Source of the DNA: Cycas panzhihuaensis
Taxonomy: Eukaryota > Plantae > Cycadophyta
Reading direction: 5' to 3'
NCBI GenBank assembly: GCA_023213395.1
Contig: CM041465.1
Location: forward strand, 147,257,741-147,321,740
DNA: 64,000 bases
This document shows positions 26,226 to 40,900 of the stretch, one piece after another. The notes under the pieces are model-generated. The model was not told the origin of the DNA, searched no databases, and saw nothing but the letters and a program-made list of their open reading frames with translations. Positions within the stretch are counted from its first letter, which is position 1; the number at the start of each line of letters is the position of its first letter. A program made the translations under genes and the position numbers.

Positions 26226-27745
26226 ACTAGTAGGAGGCTTTATTCTATACTTTAAAATTAAACATAATTCATTCTAGTATAGCCCAAACTTTAGAAAATT
26301 AAAAATAAATTTTAACTATAGTTTTTTAGACTAATCTTCATTGAATATTCCTTAAATAGTATGTGTGACAATTAAACCCTCCTAAAAAATTAAGATTTTC
26401 TTAAAATTACAATTTTTTTTTTTAATAACTCAGCCACCTCATTGTTAGTCTATCAATGATTAAAATGATAGGTCAGTGTCAAGGGTTTCATGGCAACAAC
26501 ACTCAATGGGCATGCAAAAATCAACAATTCAACCACCTTCGTCCTCCTCAATTCTCATTTGACCTCCTTTGAGTTTTAGGTGATAGTTTGGGAGAAATTA
26601 CATAGAATATAACATTATTCATGCATCCTCATTTCTCCATAATGATTATTTTCATTCTTTATCAATTTCTTAGTTATTTATCTTCTACGTGTGTGTGTTT
26701 AGGTGGTGACAATTATTAATATGGTTCTCAAATAGGCATGCCAATCTCTTTATCTTCTTTGTTGTCTATTCGATGAATTTCATTGTGTATAGGATGGGTT
26801 TGTCTCTAATTAGGTACCCTTTATCCATTCCTTCACTATGCATTTTAGTAGGCATCTGTTTATTGGCATATTGAATGATGACCTTTTTGTGTGTTTACTA
26901 TTTGACAGTTTTTTTACATAGGCATCTGACTACTCTTGATATCCCTTATTCAGCTCTCAGTGTTTATCAGTCAATTTGGTCGATTAAATCTATGAGTGTA
27001 TGGTCACTGCAAAAGTTCATAGGTTACATAAGGACATTGTTGTAAAATATATATGAGATTTTACTATAGTTTGAAACTATAGCTTATGCCCTTTAGAATA
27101 TTCTTTATAAATATTCATCACCATATATTTCAGTTTCCCATTCACTTTAATAGTAATCAATAGAGGTTTTTCAGTGTTGATAGTGGTCCCTCACTTTAAT
27201 AGTAGTGAATAACAAAGGTCTTCATCACCCTTTAACATTTCATTTTGTCCCTACAACACTATCTTCATAGATTCATCACCATTAAATTTTCAATAGAGAC
27301 CCTCTTTTAATACAAATATTTAATCACTTTTCAACACTACTTAAAACATAGGTATTTTTCACAATGGCCTATTAATAATAATTCTCAGTAACATGTTTGT
27401 CAATAGGTGGTATATTACTGCCAACAACCTATTACCTTCAATATCTCTCTACTTACTTGTATGTGACATTTTCAGCTTGTATGTAGATCAATCTACATCC
27501 AATATGCTTGTATATATGTGTGCATGTCTCTTTCAGTTAGCATGTATATATCCAACTACCTATAAATTAAGTCTCTACAACATGCATATTAAATCTACCT
27601 AAAGGACTAAATATCTCACCTAATAAGTAGTATTTAATTATATGTATTAAAGTGTAAATCTTAACAATGATTAGAGCTAGTACAACAATCAACAATTATA
27701 ATTGATAATACATTATAAATCAACTCTGATACCACATGTTATAGT

Positions 27746-30700
27746 TGAAAGTTTAAAAGCATGGAGACAGAGCAGAACAATAACCAATCTTCAATCCATT
27801 GTAGAGTAAGAGCATAAACCAAATCATATTCATCAAGCCTTGTTTGAGAGCATCACAGATTTCCAAAATAGTGGTGGTGTCAAACAACACTAGGGTTTGT
27901 CACCCCATAAAATATATAGTTTGAGAGAGGAGAAAAACCTCCTCAACCTCTAAAATTTAAACAATATTAAAATAATGCTTAACTTAAGTGAATATTAAAC
28001 TTACCTAACTTACCTTCACATGTGTATACTCACATGTGCAAAAGGTAGGAGTGGGGTGATGAACATTAACCCCAACATTCTCCCCCTTAATAGTCATCAT
28101 GATCATCTTCACTTTTCTTTGAATTTATGGTACATGTATTTGAGGAAAATTTTAAGAGAGTGATTGATTATGTGTCCTTTAGCTTTGTCTTCATTAACTT
28201 TTTTCATTGTCCTTACAAAGTGGTTTCCTTCAATGTAGTATAGTTCAAGTGATCTCTAAGTAGGTGTGGTTTGCTTTGAATGGAGAAGAGTTGCTTCATC
28301 TTTTACTTTATCTTCTTGATCATTTGTCTTATGAGAATCAATCAAGTCATAGGTATATACAACATCACCAAGTGTAACATTGTGATCATCCATTTTATTT
28401 GAGTCATCAGCATTAGCCTTTTCAACATAAAATGCATGCTCTACCATTTGTCTCACATGTACAACATCATGAACATAGTTAATTTCATTTAAATCTAAGG
28501 TTTCTCTCCCATAAATTGATTCTAGAGTATCCTAAATAGATTTAGATATAATTAACTCACCAACATTAATGAATACATCATTATTTATTGTGCTAAAGAT
28601 TAATACTATGACTTCATTATCATTTTTTAAGTTTTCTTTAAAATTTTGTTCATCTTCTAAGTAACTATATGCAATAAATTTTTAAAAATTATTTACACTA
28701 AGATGTGTTTTTAACAAATCTTTCCAAACATGAAAATTAGTCCTATCAAATGTGGAAATTAACATATCATCAAGATAAGTTGCCATTTGTAAAAAATTTA
28801 GTTTATGAACTCAAATGAATAGATGAAGTCCTTTAATGAATTAATAACATAAAGTAGGGAATAAATGCTTTTTCACAAATATAAATCCCTTAAGATAAAT
28901 GCTTTCTGTTAGGATAGAACTAAATCAATCAATGATTTTATGTAAATCTTAAAGGTAAAGGGCTAAAATGAGCCAAAGATAATTTAAAATATATATACTA
29001 TCTTTTAGATGAATGCCTTCATAAAGCAATGAAAAGTAACTTGATAATTTATGATTCAAGAATATTGTTTGCAAGATAACTTTCATATGGGTTTAAATAA
29101 GCTTTTAAAAAAATGAAGTGCTTTGAATGCTTACATGCAATAGAATGCACCTTGAAAATACTTTGAAAGCTTGAAATATAATCCAATAAACCTTTAATAT
29201 ATAGATGAAATTATTAAGAGTAAATATGAGCTCTTTTAAATCAAAGAAATATGTATATATATACTTGAAATATGATTATGGAATAAACCTTAAATGAATG
29301 TCTTCAAAGAGACAACAATTGGCCTAAAATAAGCAATAAATAAGCTTTGGGAGAGCTTTGAATTAAATTTATAAGCTAAAAGATAAAATGAAAGCTTTAG
29401 AATAAGGTTAGAATGTAGTAGTTTAACGTTTATGATCCAAAGGGGGTTCCTTCTCTTTAAGAGACTGAAATAGAGCTTAATAGCTGTAAAAACTCAATTT
29501 GTAAGCTTTTAAGATAAGCAAGAGTTGCCAGCAACTGATTAGTTTCTCAATGATAAATAAATATGTTGAGTTAGAGAAAAAAAATTTACTTGAAATATTT
29601 AATAATATGTCCAATTAGGACCAAATAGGAGCCACAACTTTAACTACTTCAAAGAACTTCAAAATAATGACAAAATAAAGTAAAACTCATTCTAATATAA
29701 AGAATATTAAAAACCCTTTGCGACGAATCTAACTGTTTAGAAAATAGGCTCTTAGAGCTCAAGACATTAATGAATGAGTGGGAGGACCCTTTTAAGGGCT
29801 TAAAATAGAGCCACAAACTTAGATGCTATGAAATTTAAATTAAATCTTTGTAGAATGATGTGAAAATACTCATATACAAATTAGAGATCCCTTAGTATGT
29901 CTCAAGCTAAAGAAACTTATAAAATTTACTTTAATATTGTTGAAAATAATGAACTAAGCTAAATAAGTTACCTCAACTTCACTGGATTTGAAAACCTACA
30001 AAACAACTTCAAATCAGATAAAAAATTATACCATCATGTAGAGAATCAAAGCAGCTTTCCAACATATCCAGTCGTTTGAAGAAAAGACTCCTGAATCAAA
30101 AGTTATAAGTGAAATAGTCAAGATAACTTATTATGAAAAAAAAAAATTTAAAAAGAGTTTTAATAAGCCCCTTTTGAAAATGGCCCGATCACATGGAGAC
30201 CAATATGGCCACTAGTCAGTTGAAGAAGGGTGATAGGACTTCAAATATCATTAAAGTAAATTAAATCAAAGTTATAAAGTTTAACTTCATAAGAATTAAT
30301 CAAAATGTAAATAAATTTAAAAATAAAAAATATGCAAAGGTTGTGCACACAGATAAAACTTCGTGGAGCTCATTCTCTTCATACACAACTTAGATTAAGA
30401 CAAAATTTTAGACAACGCTAGATATCCCTACTAAAAAGTCACCTATAAAATTTCATAAAGATCTATTGAACATAAAGAGAGAACAAAATGATTGATCTCG
30501 GGAAGATCATGTAGGATGTATGGATTGCGTAGAGGTCGTATGGCTCAGTGAGAGCCCAAAATACTTCAAAGATTACTTAGTCTACTTTGTATTAGGTCTA
30601 CACCATAGTTACAAAAGAAACCAAATAAAAAACAAAGCCAAAATGAGTAAATAAAAAGTGGGGAAGAGAGATTTTACTCCCAAAATGAGTAACCAAGGTT

Positions 30701-31548
30701 CTAGGAGGGAGATCTCTTCATAGGAATGATGAAATTTGAAATTGCTGAATCTAGTATAAAGTTAACTCAAAGAGCTTCAAAATAGATGGTCACTTAATAG
30801 GGTTTTGATCACCATGGAGAGTGCACCAGGCTATAGAAGTTTAAGTTCCTTACAAAACCTTTAAAAAAATGAAAAAATAATAAAAACTTGTAAAATATCA
30901 AATGAAACCTTAGTATAATTTCTCCAAAGGATTATTGGATTGAATATACATACTATTACTACACATATATGAAGAAATACTGATTAAATAGAGTATATAT
31001 ACCAAAAAATAGCTAAATATTCAATAAAACTATACAAAACTTATTAATAAAACTTTATAAAGTGATGAAATATTGAACATTTTTACTTGCCGTGAGTAGC
31101 CTTGATAGATCTCCTTTTCAAAACACCAATGGATCTTTGCTTGATGCTAAATGAAACCAACTCAAGAAGCTTCGAATATAGTCCATGCTCTAAAATGCTA
31201 AATGAAACCAAGATCTAGCTCTGATATCAAATGAAGGTTTGAAAGCATAGAGATAGAGTGGAGCAGTAACCAATCTTCAATCCATTGTAGAGTTAGAGCA
31301 TAAACCAAATCATATTCATCAAGCCATATTTGAGAGCATTACAGATTTCCAAAATAGTGGTGGCATCAAAAGACACCGGGTTTTGTCACCCTAATAAATA
31401 TATAGTTTAAGGGAGGAGGGAAACCTCCTCAACCTCCAAAATTTAAACAATGTTAAAATAATGCTTAACTTAAGTTAACATTAACCTTACTTGACTTACC
31501 TTCATATGTATACACTCACATGTATAAAAGGTGGGAGTGGGGTGATGA
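27746..31548 (-). mobile_element. Non-autonomous copia-type element E (no pol; single gag-derived ORF; TR-GAG-like)
   Basis: LTRs 27746-28077 and 31232-31548 (last ~15 bp lost); PBS gctctgatatca (rc) 31218-31229; PPT ttctccccc (rc) 28078-28086; no PR/IN/RT motifs seen in the 3.15 kb interior. Confidence 0.88.
28080..28786 (-). pseudogene. Truncated gag-derived ORF of element E
   Basis: MATYLDDMLISTFDRTNFHVWKDLLKTHLSVNNF*..SKSI*DTLESIYG (copia gag N-terminus), then ORF 28256-28456 and continuation towards the PPT. Confidence 0.75.
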
Positions 31549-34256
31549 GATCATAATTGTATGGATTAACTATTAAGCATTAGAAAATTAATTTCAAATA
31601 TTTGATAAAATCTTATATCAATAAATATCCCACTAATCCCTACTTTTCACTTGCATTTTTACAAATAAACTATATGTAACTAAATACAATATTAGATAGA
31701 ATATTAATCTTAATCTAATATGATACATATGAGGTGAGAGTTGTAACCTCCATTGACTCATCACTCATATAACATTAAATAATTTTATATATAAGATAAT
31801 ACAAATATTAAGTGGAGGCTCATAACCTAATGTTATGAGCCCGAAATAAACATTAATATTTAACATAAATCTCACATCTAAAATGCATCCTAGTAAGCAA
31901 CAAGCACATTAATTGGTTGTCCATACATCTTAGTGATGGGTAAACTATAAGGATGTTGCATGCATAATTTATTATATGCAAAAAATGTTGATTAACTTTG
32001 ATGTATAGGTTGTGAAGGAGTATAATTGGGAAAAGCTCCAAAGTACATAAGGTGAAGGAGTTCAACGATCATTTGTACTTTTTCCTAAGGACATAAAGAT
32101 AAAACAAATAATTTATAGTATATTGGTGATCTTTGCTTATATGAAATAGAGCAAAATTACAAGTGACTTTTATTATATAAGTGGTAGTGTGTATTAGCAA
32201 CAAGGATAAATATGAGATATGTCCCATTAAAGCAAGATTGCATTTTATATTTATAGTTGCTTAAATTTTTTATTTGGTTATTACGGTTAAGATTTCACTT
32301 ACTAAAATTATGTAATGAATTTATGACTTGGATATTAACAAGATTATATCAACTCACCAAGGATATAATTTTAAGATTAATGTGCTTTATTAATAACATT
32401 GAGATGTAGGTAGACACCCAAGGTAACAACATTTTGTAAGGACATTGAAAATAGATTTCTTTTCAAGTGTTGAAGAAGAAGGACAAGCACAAGCAAAAAG
32501 CACACATGAAGTAGCTTAATATGAAACAAGTTGATGATGTTATAGGGAATATATAAATTAAATATTAAATAGGAGTGTTAGAAAGTAATGTTTAATCTAT
32601 GGTCAATCCATGGTATGGTAGTTTAATAATGTCTAGTGGTGACACTATTTGTGGTGGTCATAAGACATTATATATTCTTTCTCAAAGTTGTAATAAATAA
32701 AGGCAACGTTAAAAGTAGTGCAAACTCTTATTTGATTGGATGTTGCTAAGGCTTTCATGTATGATCTTATTGTAGAGAAATAGTATAACCCCATTAGGCA
32801 TTAATGGGGTGAGTAACTTCTGTATAATAGTATACTGTGTTTATTATAACTCATAAAGACACCTAGTGCTCCCCCAATGGAGCCTAGTATGGTCTTATCA
32901 TGCACTTTGTTGAATATTTTCAATAATAGAATTTCATACATTTTATGGTGGATGTTTTCTTATCTTAAGGTTTTATCATGTTAAACCATGTCTTAATATT
33001 AATTATTTGATCCTTATTTATTATCCATTATTGATGATTATATGCTCTTATGATAATCATATGTTATATATTAATTTTAATGATAAATACTTCATGTTGA
33101 TGTGATTGAATCATGCAGTATTCAAGAGGTGTTTGATAGTTGTCCTTATGATGATATCAAACTCAAAAAATCTAACATTCTATTTTTTATATCCATTCCA
33201 TTTTTCCTTTATTTTACTCTAACTCTAACCTAACTACATTAGATTATTTCTATAACACCATCCATTGGCCCAAAGATAGGGAGAAAATAGATAGCATAGT
33301 TATAATAAACTATAATAAGATCTACTAAAAGCAAAGAGAAACCCCTTAACAAAGTTGCAATGACATAAAGGTCTACTTGGAGATTTTTTGTGCTAATAAG
33401 GGAAAAGACATAAAAATATAGCTTACAAAGACAGAATCATATTTTGACATCCACCTTCATTTGATAATTGAGAAGATCTTATTTACATCTTGCCACCTAA
33501 GCAATAAGACCTTAAGTTGCTTTAGATTGTTTAGACAAGTCTATTGCAATACTGCCCATTTCAACTTTGGTATTTTTCTCTAAGGCTATATATGAAGAGT
33601 ATGGTAGGACCTGAAGTTAATGATTTTTTACTAGAATCCTATAGGCAAGGTCTATATGGAAGGCTAAAATGAGGAAATAAGGTGAAATCATAAGTGAAAG
33701 GCTTCTCAGACCAGAAAAATGATAATAATGGAGAAGAGAAGATATTAGCCCCCCACTTTAGTGGAGATGGAGCTCTTAATCCCAAGGTTTGGATTAAAAC
33801 AATATAGGATTATGTATTTTTTCACCCTTTACATGGCATAGAAAGCTTACAAATAATAGCTCAACATTTATAAGGAGATGTGTATCATTGGAATGAGGAA
33901 TGGAATATGAATGCTAGAGGTTTTTCATGAAATGGGTTTACTCTCAAATGTTGTTTTCTCATGAAATATAATGAGACATGGGGGCAAGGAGCATAACTAA
34001 AGGCTAAGCCAAGGAAAAGGGTTGAAATAAGAGTTGAAGAACATTTAGAGTAAGAAAATCAATGGATAATAAAGGAAGGTAAAGAAAAGGTAAAGGTGTT
34101 AAACTTGTGCTTTAACATGGAGAATAATAAGGAGAGAAACAAGTTGTAATTAGTAAACAAATTCTAGGATGGGTACCAAAAGAACATTGTAATGACATTG
34201 AGGATGTTATTATTCATGCAAGGTTAGGTTTTTGTTAGGTTATAATTGCATCTATT

Positions 34257-34257
<1 letters not shown>

Positions 34258-34305
<48 letters not shown>
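34258..34305. repeat. (GA)n microsatellite
   Basis: Direct reading. Confidence 0.95.
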
Positions 34306-34308
<3 letters not shown>

Positions 34309-34309
34309 T

Positions 34310-34564
34310 CAAGTCTAGAATAATGAAAGACAAAAGAGAAGAGAAAGATATTTTTTTAAATCTTTTTTTTGATTCATTATTCACTTATAATCTAGGCTAA
34401 TCTTCAATGTGAAGATAAGTATATTCAAATGAAAACAAGTCTAGAATAACATAAGACAAAAGAGAAGAGAAAGATATTTTTTTTAATCTTTTTTTTAATT
34501 CATTATTCACTTATGATCTAGGCTAATCTTCAATGTGAAGATAAGTATATTCAAATGAAAACAA
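34310..34564. repeat. Tandem duplication, 126 bp x2
   Basis: caagtctagaataa...ttcaaatgaaaa starts at 34310 and 34436; near-identical copies. Confidence 0.93.
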
Positions 34565-35055
34565 TATGTCATATGTGAAAAATAAGTACATAATAAGCAA
34601 AAAATATGATAAAATGGGTAAAAATAGGATGAAGATAATCATGAAAATAAAGGATATGTTCAACTTTTAGAAGCAAAATGCAACTAAATCACTCCTCAAC
34701 CCTACAAAACCATTCACATTATCTTATAAGATTAACTCACAAGAATGAAAAGTAAAGTTAATTGTTGTCAATCTAAAAGTTTTTTTTGTTTAAATTGAAT
34801 TTGACCCTTATTGAAATTTAGGCAAATAAGATTAGTTTTAGGTTTGATTTTCTTACCTTAAGAGTTACCCTAATCCCAACCTAAAAGTTATCCTAATGTT
34901 GATCCTTTTACAGAACAAATCATGTTATTTGTAAACTTTGTAAAATTAATTATAATGCAATAATATGTTATTTTAGATGTATTTTTAATTATGTAGTTAT
35001 AAATAAGTGCATGTTGGTCATGTAATTCATCCATTATATGTGTATTAAATGCATG

Positions 35056-35057
<2 letters not shown>

Positions 35058-35106
<49 letters not shown>
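35058..35106. repeat. (TG)n + (TATG)n microsatellite
   Basis: Direct reading. Confidence 0.95.
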
Positions 35107-35269
35107 TTATATATATGTATATGTAAGTGTAATTATATGTTAGTATAAATATATCTTAATATAAGTATATATATATATTATAAGTGTACATGTATATGTT
35201 AAATACAAGTGTGTATTATGTATGCATATAAGGGGGTGGAATTACTCTGGGAGTTGACTATAAAGATTG

Positions 35270-37990
35270 TGAATGGTTTGATATGCACAACATACATCTA
35301 GATCTTTAGCACACATAACAAACATCAAACAATAAGGAATGGTATATCGAATATACATGAGAGAACCCTTTTAAGAAAAAAACCCACCAAGCCAAATTAA
35401 TTATTATATTGATTATGCCATAATGAGATGATACATCCAACTTAAGGGCAGGGTATATATTCAAACATATATGTTGTGTTCATTTAAAGAGATTAAACTC
35501 TTCCTTTATCATGGCCATTTAATTAATCAACTCATTAATTAATGTCATTTATAACAATTAAATATGGTTAATACTTAGCCATATTGATCTTCCCCCACCC
35601 CCCCCCCCCCCACCCCGGCCTTAATGGAAATGTGGAGAATTAGGCTTTAGTCATAAATCTCTAAGTCAAGACAGGAATTATCCTTGTTGATACATCACCT
35701 CTCAAGGATAATTTCATTGAGTCCTAACTTGGCTCGAAGCTTTATAAATTAATCTTTAGTAAGTGCCTTTGTGAATATATCTACAAGTTGATCATTTTTT
35801 AGGTAATACTTAATCTACAACTTCCTTACCTAAATTTTCTCATAAATATAATGGGGTTGGATCTAAATATGCTTCATACAACCATGGAACTCTAAATTCT
35901 TCATCAAACAAATGGTACTTTGATTATCAATCAGTATAATTGACATGTCACTCTATATTGCTAGAACATGCAGTCCTCACAACTTCCCTTACATTAATAA
36001 ATAAGCCTTGTTACTTCACCTTAGTGAAAGATAATACAATTGTCTTCTATTTCTTAAAGTGCCAGGAAATAGGTCCATTGCCAACACTGAAAATATATTT
36101 AGAAGTGGACTTACAGTCACCAATGTCTCCACCCTAATCAACATTAATATATTTAACTAGTTGTGTCCCTCTATGTCGAAGGTACTCCAAGCCAACATGT
36201 AAAGTCTTATTCACATACCTTAGAATCCTCTTCACAATAACTCGGTATGGTTATTGGGTATTTTGTATGTAGCAAGAAATCAACCTAATAATGTATACAA
36301 TATCTAACATGATATGAGTCAAGTAGATGAGACTTCCTACCAATTATCTATATAGTGTTCTATCTACTATAGGGTTCATATCCTTCATCATCTTAATGCC
36401 TTTGGGGCACGGTGTTCTAACATGCTTGCAATCTAGATCTTAAAGTTCTCAAGCAGGCTCTCTTTATATTTTATTTGCAACATCAAATTTTTGTCTTCCA
36501 TCTACCTTACCTCAATGCCCAAGAAGTAGAATAGATCCCTAGGATCTATCATACCAAAGGTTGCTCCCAAATTAGATTTTATTCCTACAATTGTGTTGTT
36601 AGAGTTGCTAGTAATAAATAAATCATCAACATTTTACACATGGACTATTATTGAAGCTTTTCTCCTTTAAATATATTGATTTGGCTTTAGATCTATGGTG
36701 ATAAATCCCTCTTATTTCAATTTGATATTGATCTTAGGATACCAAGCATATGATGCTTGTTTGAGGCCATAGAGTGACTCTTTCAAATGGCACACAAGAT
36801 GTTTCTATTATTTCTTAATGAAACCAAGAGGTTGTGCCATATAAATCTTCTCCTTTAACTCTCTATTAAGGAATGTTAATTTCACATCCATCTGGTGTAG
36901 TTCCCAACTATATTTTTCTACCAATAAAATGATCAAATGGACTATTATTATCTTAGATACTAATGCAAATATCTCATCATAATTATTCATTTCTTTCTAC
37001 TTAAACCCCTATATAATAAGTCTTGCCTTATACTTATCCACCTCTCTATTAAAGTAGAACTTGGTTTTATTACCCTGATCATAATCAAAAAGGTTTTTCT
37101 TATGAGGTAATGGGACCAACTCCCACATGAAATTTTGATTAGAGAACCATATGCCTCCTTTATAGTAGCCCTCTAATGAGGACCATCTTTTACTTCATCA
37201 TATAAAATTAGGTGATAGGAGTTTATAGTGTTAACCACCAAAGTTTGACTAGCATGTTGGCTCATCATTCTTCATCTATTTATTAGATTTTGAAGTATCA
37301 CACATGAATCTTCAATGATCCTCTTGCCCCACAATGACATCAAAACACCTAATGTTATCAGTGCCTCCTTACGGGATGACTTCTCATTATCACCTTCTCT
37401 ATTTAGTCCTTCTTCCTTCTAAATCACAACATCTAGTACCCCAACCTCTATTATTGATAAAACACCAACAATAAATGGAAGTAGTGGGGGGTAAAAGGTT
37501 TCTTTAGATAATGTATTTTTAGTATGATATATTTAGACTCATCAAATTCTTCATCCTAATTAATCACAAGTTTTCTCCCTCATAGATTCTATAGTTTAAA
37601 AGCTTTACTTTGATTTGAATTCCCCATAAATATACACTTTTAACTATTGCAATTAAATGTTTTGTGATCTTCATTTGAAATGTATGCATATGCAATAAAC
37701 CCAAAGTTCTTTAAATGGTCAATCATGAGTTTATGATTAATCCATTTTTCTTTGGGGGTTATGCTACAAATTACTTTTGTCGATATATTATTAAGGATGT
37801 AAATGATAGTTCCAATAGTTTTTATCCAAATATAGGTGGCAAGTTCTTTGCATAAGCCATACACCTTACTATTTCTATTATGGTACAAATTTTTCTCTTA
37901 GTAACACTATTTTATTATGGGGTGCATGGGACAATTAATTCCCATTTAATACCATGATCCTAGTATAATTGATTAAATATATAATTATTA
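35270..37990 (-). mobile_element. 5'-truncated, heavily decayed Ty1/copia element I (IN C-terminal half, RT, RH, PPT, probable 3' LTR)
   Basis: ORFs 36808-36990 (WELHQMDVKLTFLN..IYMAQPLGF) and 37640-37888 (IN C-terminus); RH motifs ~35750-36140; C-run 35592-35616 at the PPT position; LTR boundaries approximate. Confidence 0.8.
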
Positions 37991-40900
37991 TACTCCTTTT
38001 GGCTCATTAAAACTCTCCTCAAGTTGGCTCTTATATACTAGCTCTATTAATAGTTGTATACTAGCTTAATTGCTAGTTCAACTAGCTTATATATAGGCTT
38101 CAACATGCTTCATAAGGTCTTTCACAATATGGCTAGCAACCAAGTTCTCACCATGGCTCCAATATTGTATTAGAATTTTTAATTCTTTAATATATCATAT
38201 TAGAATAAACTCATTATGCATAGTGAAAGCATATCAATAAGATATAATGTATCATAAGGAATGTACACAAATATAATGGAATATAAAGATATCAAATAAT
38301 AGCATGAACATAAAGTAATGAATATATCAACATAATGAAATAAGCATCATAAAGCATCACCACAAGAGATAACATATTTATATATAAGAAACCCAGTGTG
38401 GGAAAAAATATTAGAGAAGATTGAATTTGGGAGCTTCTCTTTATAATATCAAATAAATTACATCTCCAAATCAATCTTCCTTTCTCAAGTTATTAGGTGG
38501 TATGTATATATATTTATAAGTATGTCACTTCATGAATAACATATAATATCTCTTGAACCTTTCCATCATCTAATAAGATGTTTACATGAATATGAGTACA
38601 TGTCACACTTATGAATGCTTTTATTGAGTCAGGTTTTATGTGGATCTATAACCTTACATTAAATATTACATATGTGAAGATATCATATATTCTAAAAACA
38701 TTTACTTGTCATACCACCTTACACTACATTTTGACTAAGCATTTACTTGTATTTACACATGCATATTATATGCTACTTGTTAATGATGAAAATAGGATAT
38801 GTTCCCTTACAACATGAGTTATAGAGGTATAGCCTTGGAGGTTGATTTAATACCCATGATAGTGATTATGATATATTTCTTCCATGGTAACCCCTTATTT
38901 TTTATTTTAATTTACACTATTTTTTTGCTCTTTTGAGTGGCTTTATTAAATTGACAAGAGCAGGTACTCCCCTATACTAACTCCCACTTAGGTTAAATAC
39001 AAGTCTATGCCCCCCTAAGCAATTTGTTTAGGCCAATAAGAGTGTGTTTTACCATATTAATTACTTCTTTTACATTTTTTTACTATGAATTTGATAGAAA
39101 TTGTTTGTTCTATATAATCCATTATGTATATCTCTTTGGGTATAATATGAAATGAATGGTTCTAACTCAAAAATGAATACCATATGAGGAAGTTATGCTA
39201 ATTTTAAGTTTCTATCTTCTTCTGTGCCCTAATTTTATAACTCCTAAGGCTAACTTCATAATTAAAAGACTTAGAATAGCATATTTTTTCCATCTTTGTC
39301 TTTAAAATCAACTTTAAGATAAGTTTATAGATTTATTCTCCCTACATCCTTTTTATTTCACCATAAATATCTCTTATAATTTTTGTCTTTTTTATTCATG
39401 AGGTTTATTTACTTATTTATGCTTAAGTAAGATCTTTCATATATCCTTTATTTTCTTACACTCAAGTGAGGTGCCCTCACACATCTTTTCATCATCATTA
39501 TTGATCTACTTTTTCTTATAGCTAGATGATTTTTATATATCCCAACTATTCCCATGACAATTGTGGAGGTTGTTTATCATTTTGCTCTTAAAGTTTTATT
39601 ACCTATTTATTATATCATTGATTACTCCTAATACCATACATCACTTTATCTAATCTACAACCATACTACAGGTCTTCCTCATATATCAAGTAGTACTATT
39701 TTGGCTAAACCATAAATTTCCTTTAGTATGTGTTACAATACTATGAATCCTTTCTTGTTATTCTATGGTATTAATAATTTCATATCTCTAATTTACTATT
39801 ATTATCCTACAGTATTGTTAATTTGATACTACATACTATGTACACTATTTCTATGATATCAACCTAGTATTTATTTTAGTGATGATACTTTTCAATATCA
39901 ATTTATCATTTTCTCTCTTATACATGTTTATTTCATTTGTACGATTTTCTTCTTATTGCTCTTAATTGATTCTTCATTCACAATTATGTATTCCATTTTG
40001 TATTTCTCACCCTCTTGCATGATTTCACTTTTTATATTTTCTTTCTACTTCAAGGTTTGAATGACCTATTAAATGTTTATTAGCTATACTCACATATATC
40101 TTTGTCATTATCTTAAGACAAACCTTCTCTTACTATTATATATGCTTTATTTATAATTTCTCATAATAACAGTTAACAAGAGCTTGGTAATAGTTCTCTT
40201 ATGATATTATCTTATAGAAAGGAGATTAAAAAGGAGAAAATATTTTAGCCACTACACTAAAGAATGTGTATCAATGAAGATCCATCTTTGAGTAACAAAT
40301 TAGGTAAGATCCACTTATATATTTGGTCTGATTATTTTAGGAAAGGAAATAATAAGAAGAAATATACTAATTTATTTTTTAAAAATATACAAAGTAAATT
40401 AATATAATGAAAGAACCTAGAAATACTTATTGAAAGTTGTACTTCACTATAGCACATATGTTGGTGACCATACATACATAAATAAATTCATTATATATAA
40501 GGATATAAGTTCCTTATATAGTGAGTTACATTCCTCTCATTTAAGGTATATCTTGGCTTTAGGCATTTCCTTATATTAGAAGAGTGAAGCCCCTTACCTA
40601 TCAAATAATTTGGCAACCATGCTAGGAAATCACCCTATTATGATTGTTATAGAAATAATATTAGGAATTTACATTTTTAATCTTTCTTTATAATGGATAC
40701 TCTTTTGTTTCCTTTGCCTTTGGATTCTGGTTTTCTTTAATCTCTCTATTTAGATTTGTTTTACATAATCAACTTTCTTTTTTATGGTGTGATTATTACA
40801 AAAACCCAAAATTTCTCCTCAAATCCCTTATACTATAATAAATACCTTTGACCCTCTCATTAACAAAGTTACTACAAAATATATTCTTAAAGAAAAACAC

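Larger units (their letters stand above)
27724..31865 (-). mobile_element. PBS and 5' LTR of an older element F, with the LTR interrupted by element E
   Basis: ctctgatacca (rc iMet PBS) 27724-27734, then tgttatagt from 27737; E is inserted at 27746; LTR-like sequence resumes at 31549 and may end at ...cattaatatttaaca 31865. Confidence 0.45.

Noticed and set aside
32030-33200. LTR-like non-coding stretch
   Set aside because: No termini, TSD, PBS or partner copy could be fixed by eye.
38250-38814. Apparent solo LTR ending gttcccttacaaca
   Set aside because: That motif lies inside the long repeat of H (aligns to ~43940) and there is no TSD.
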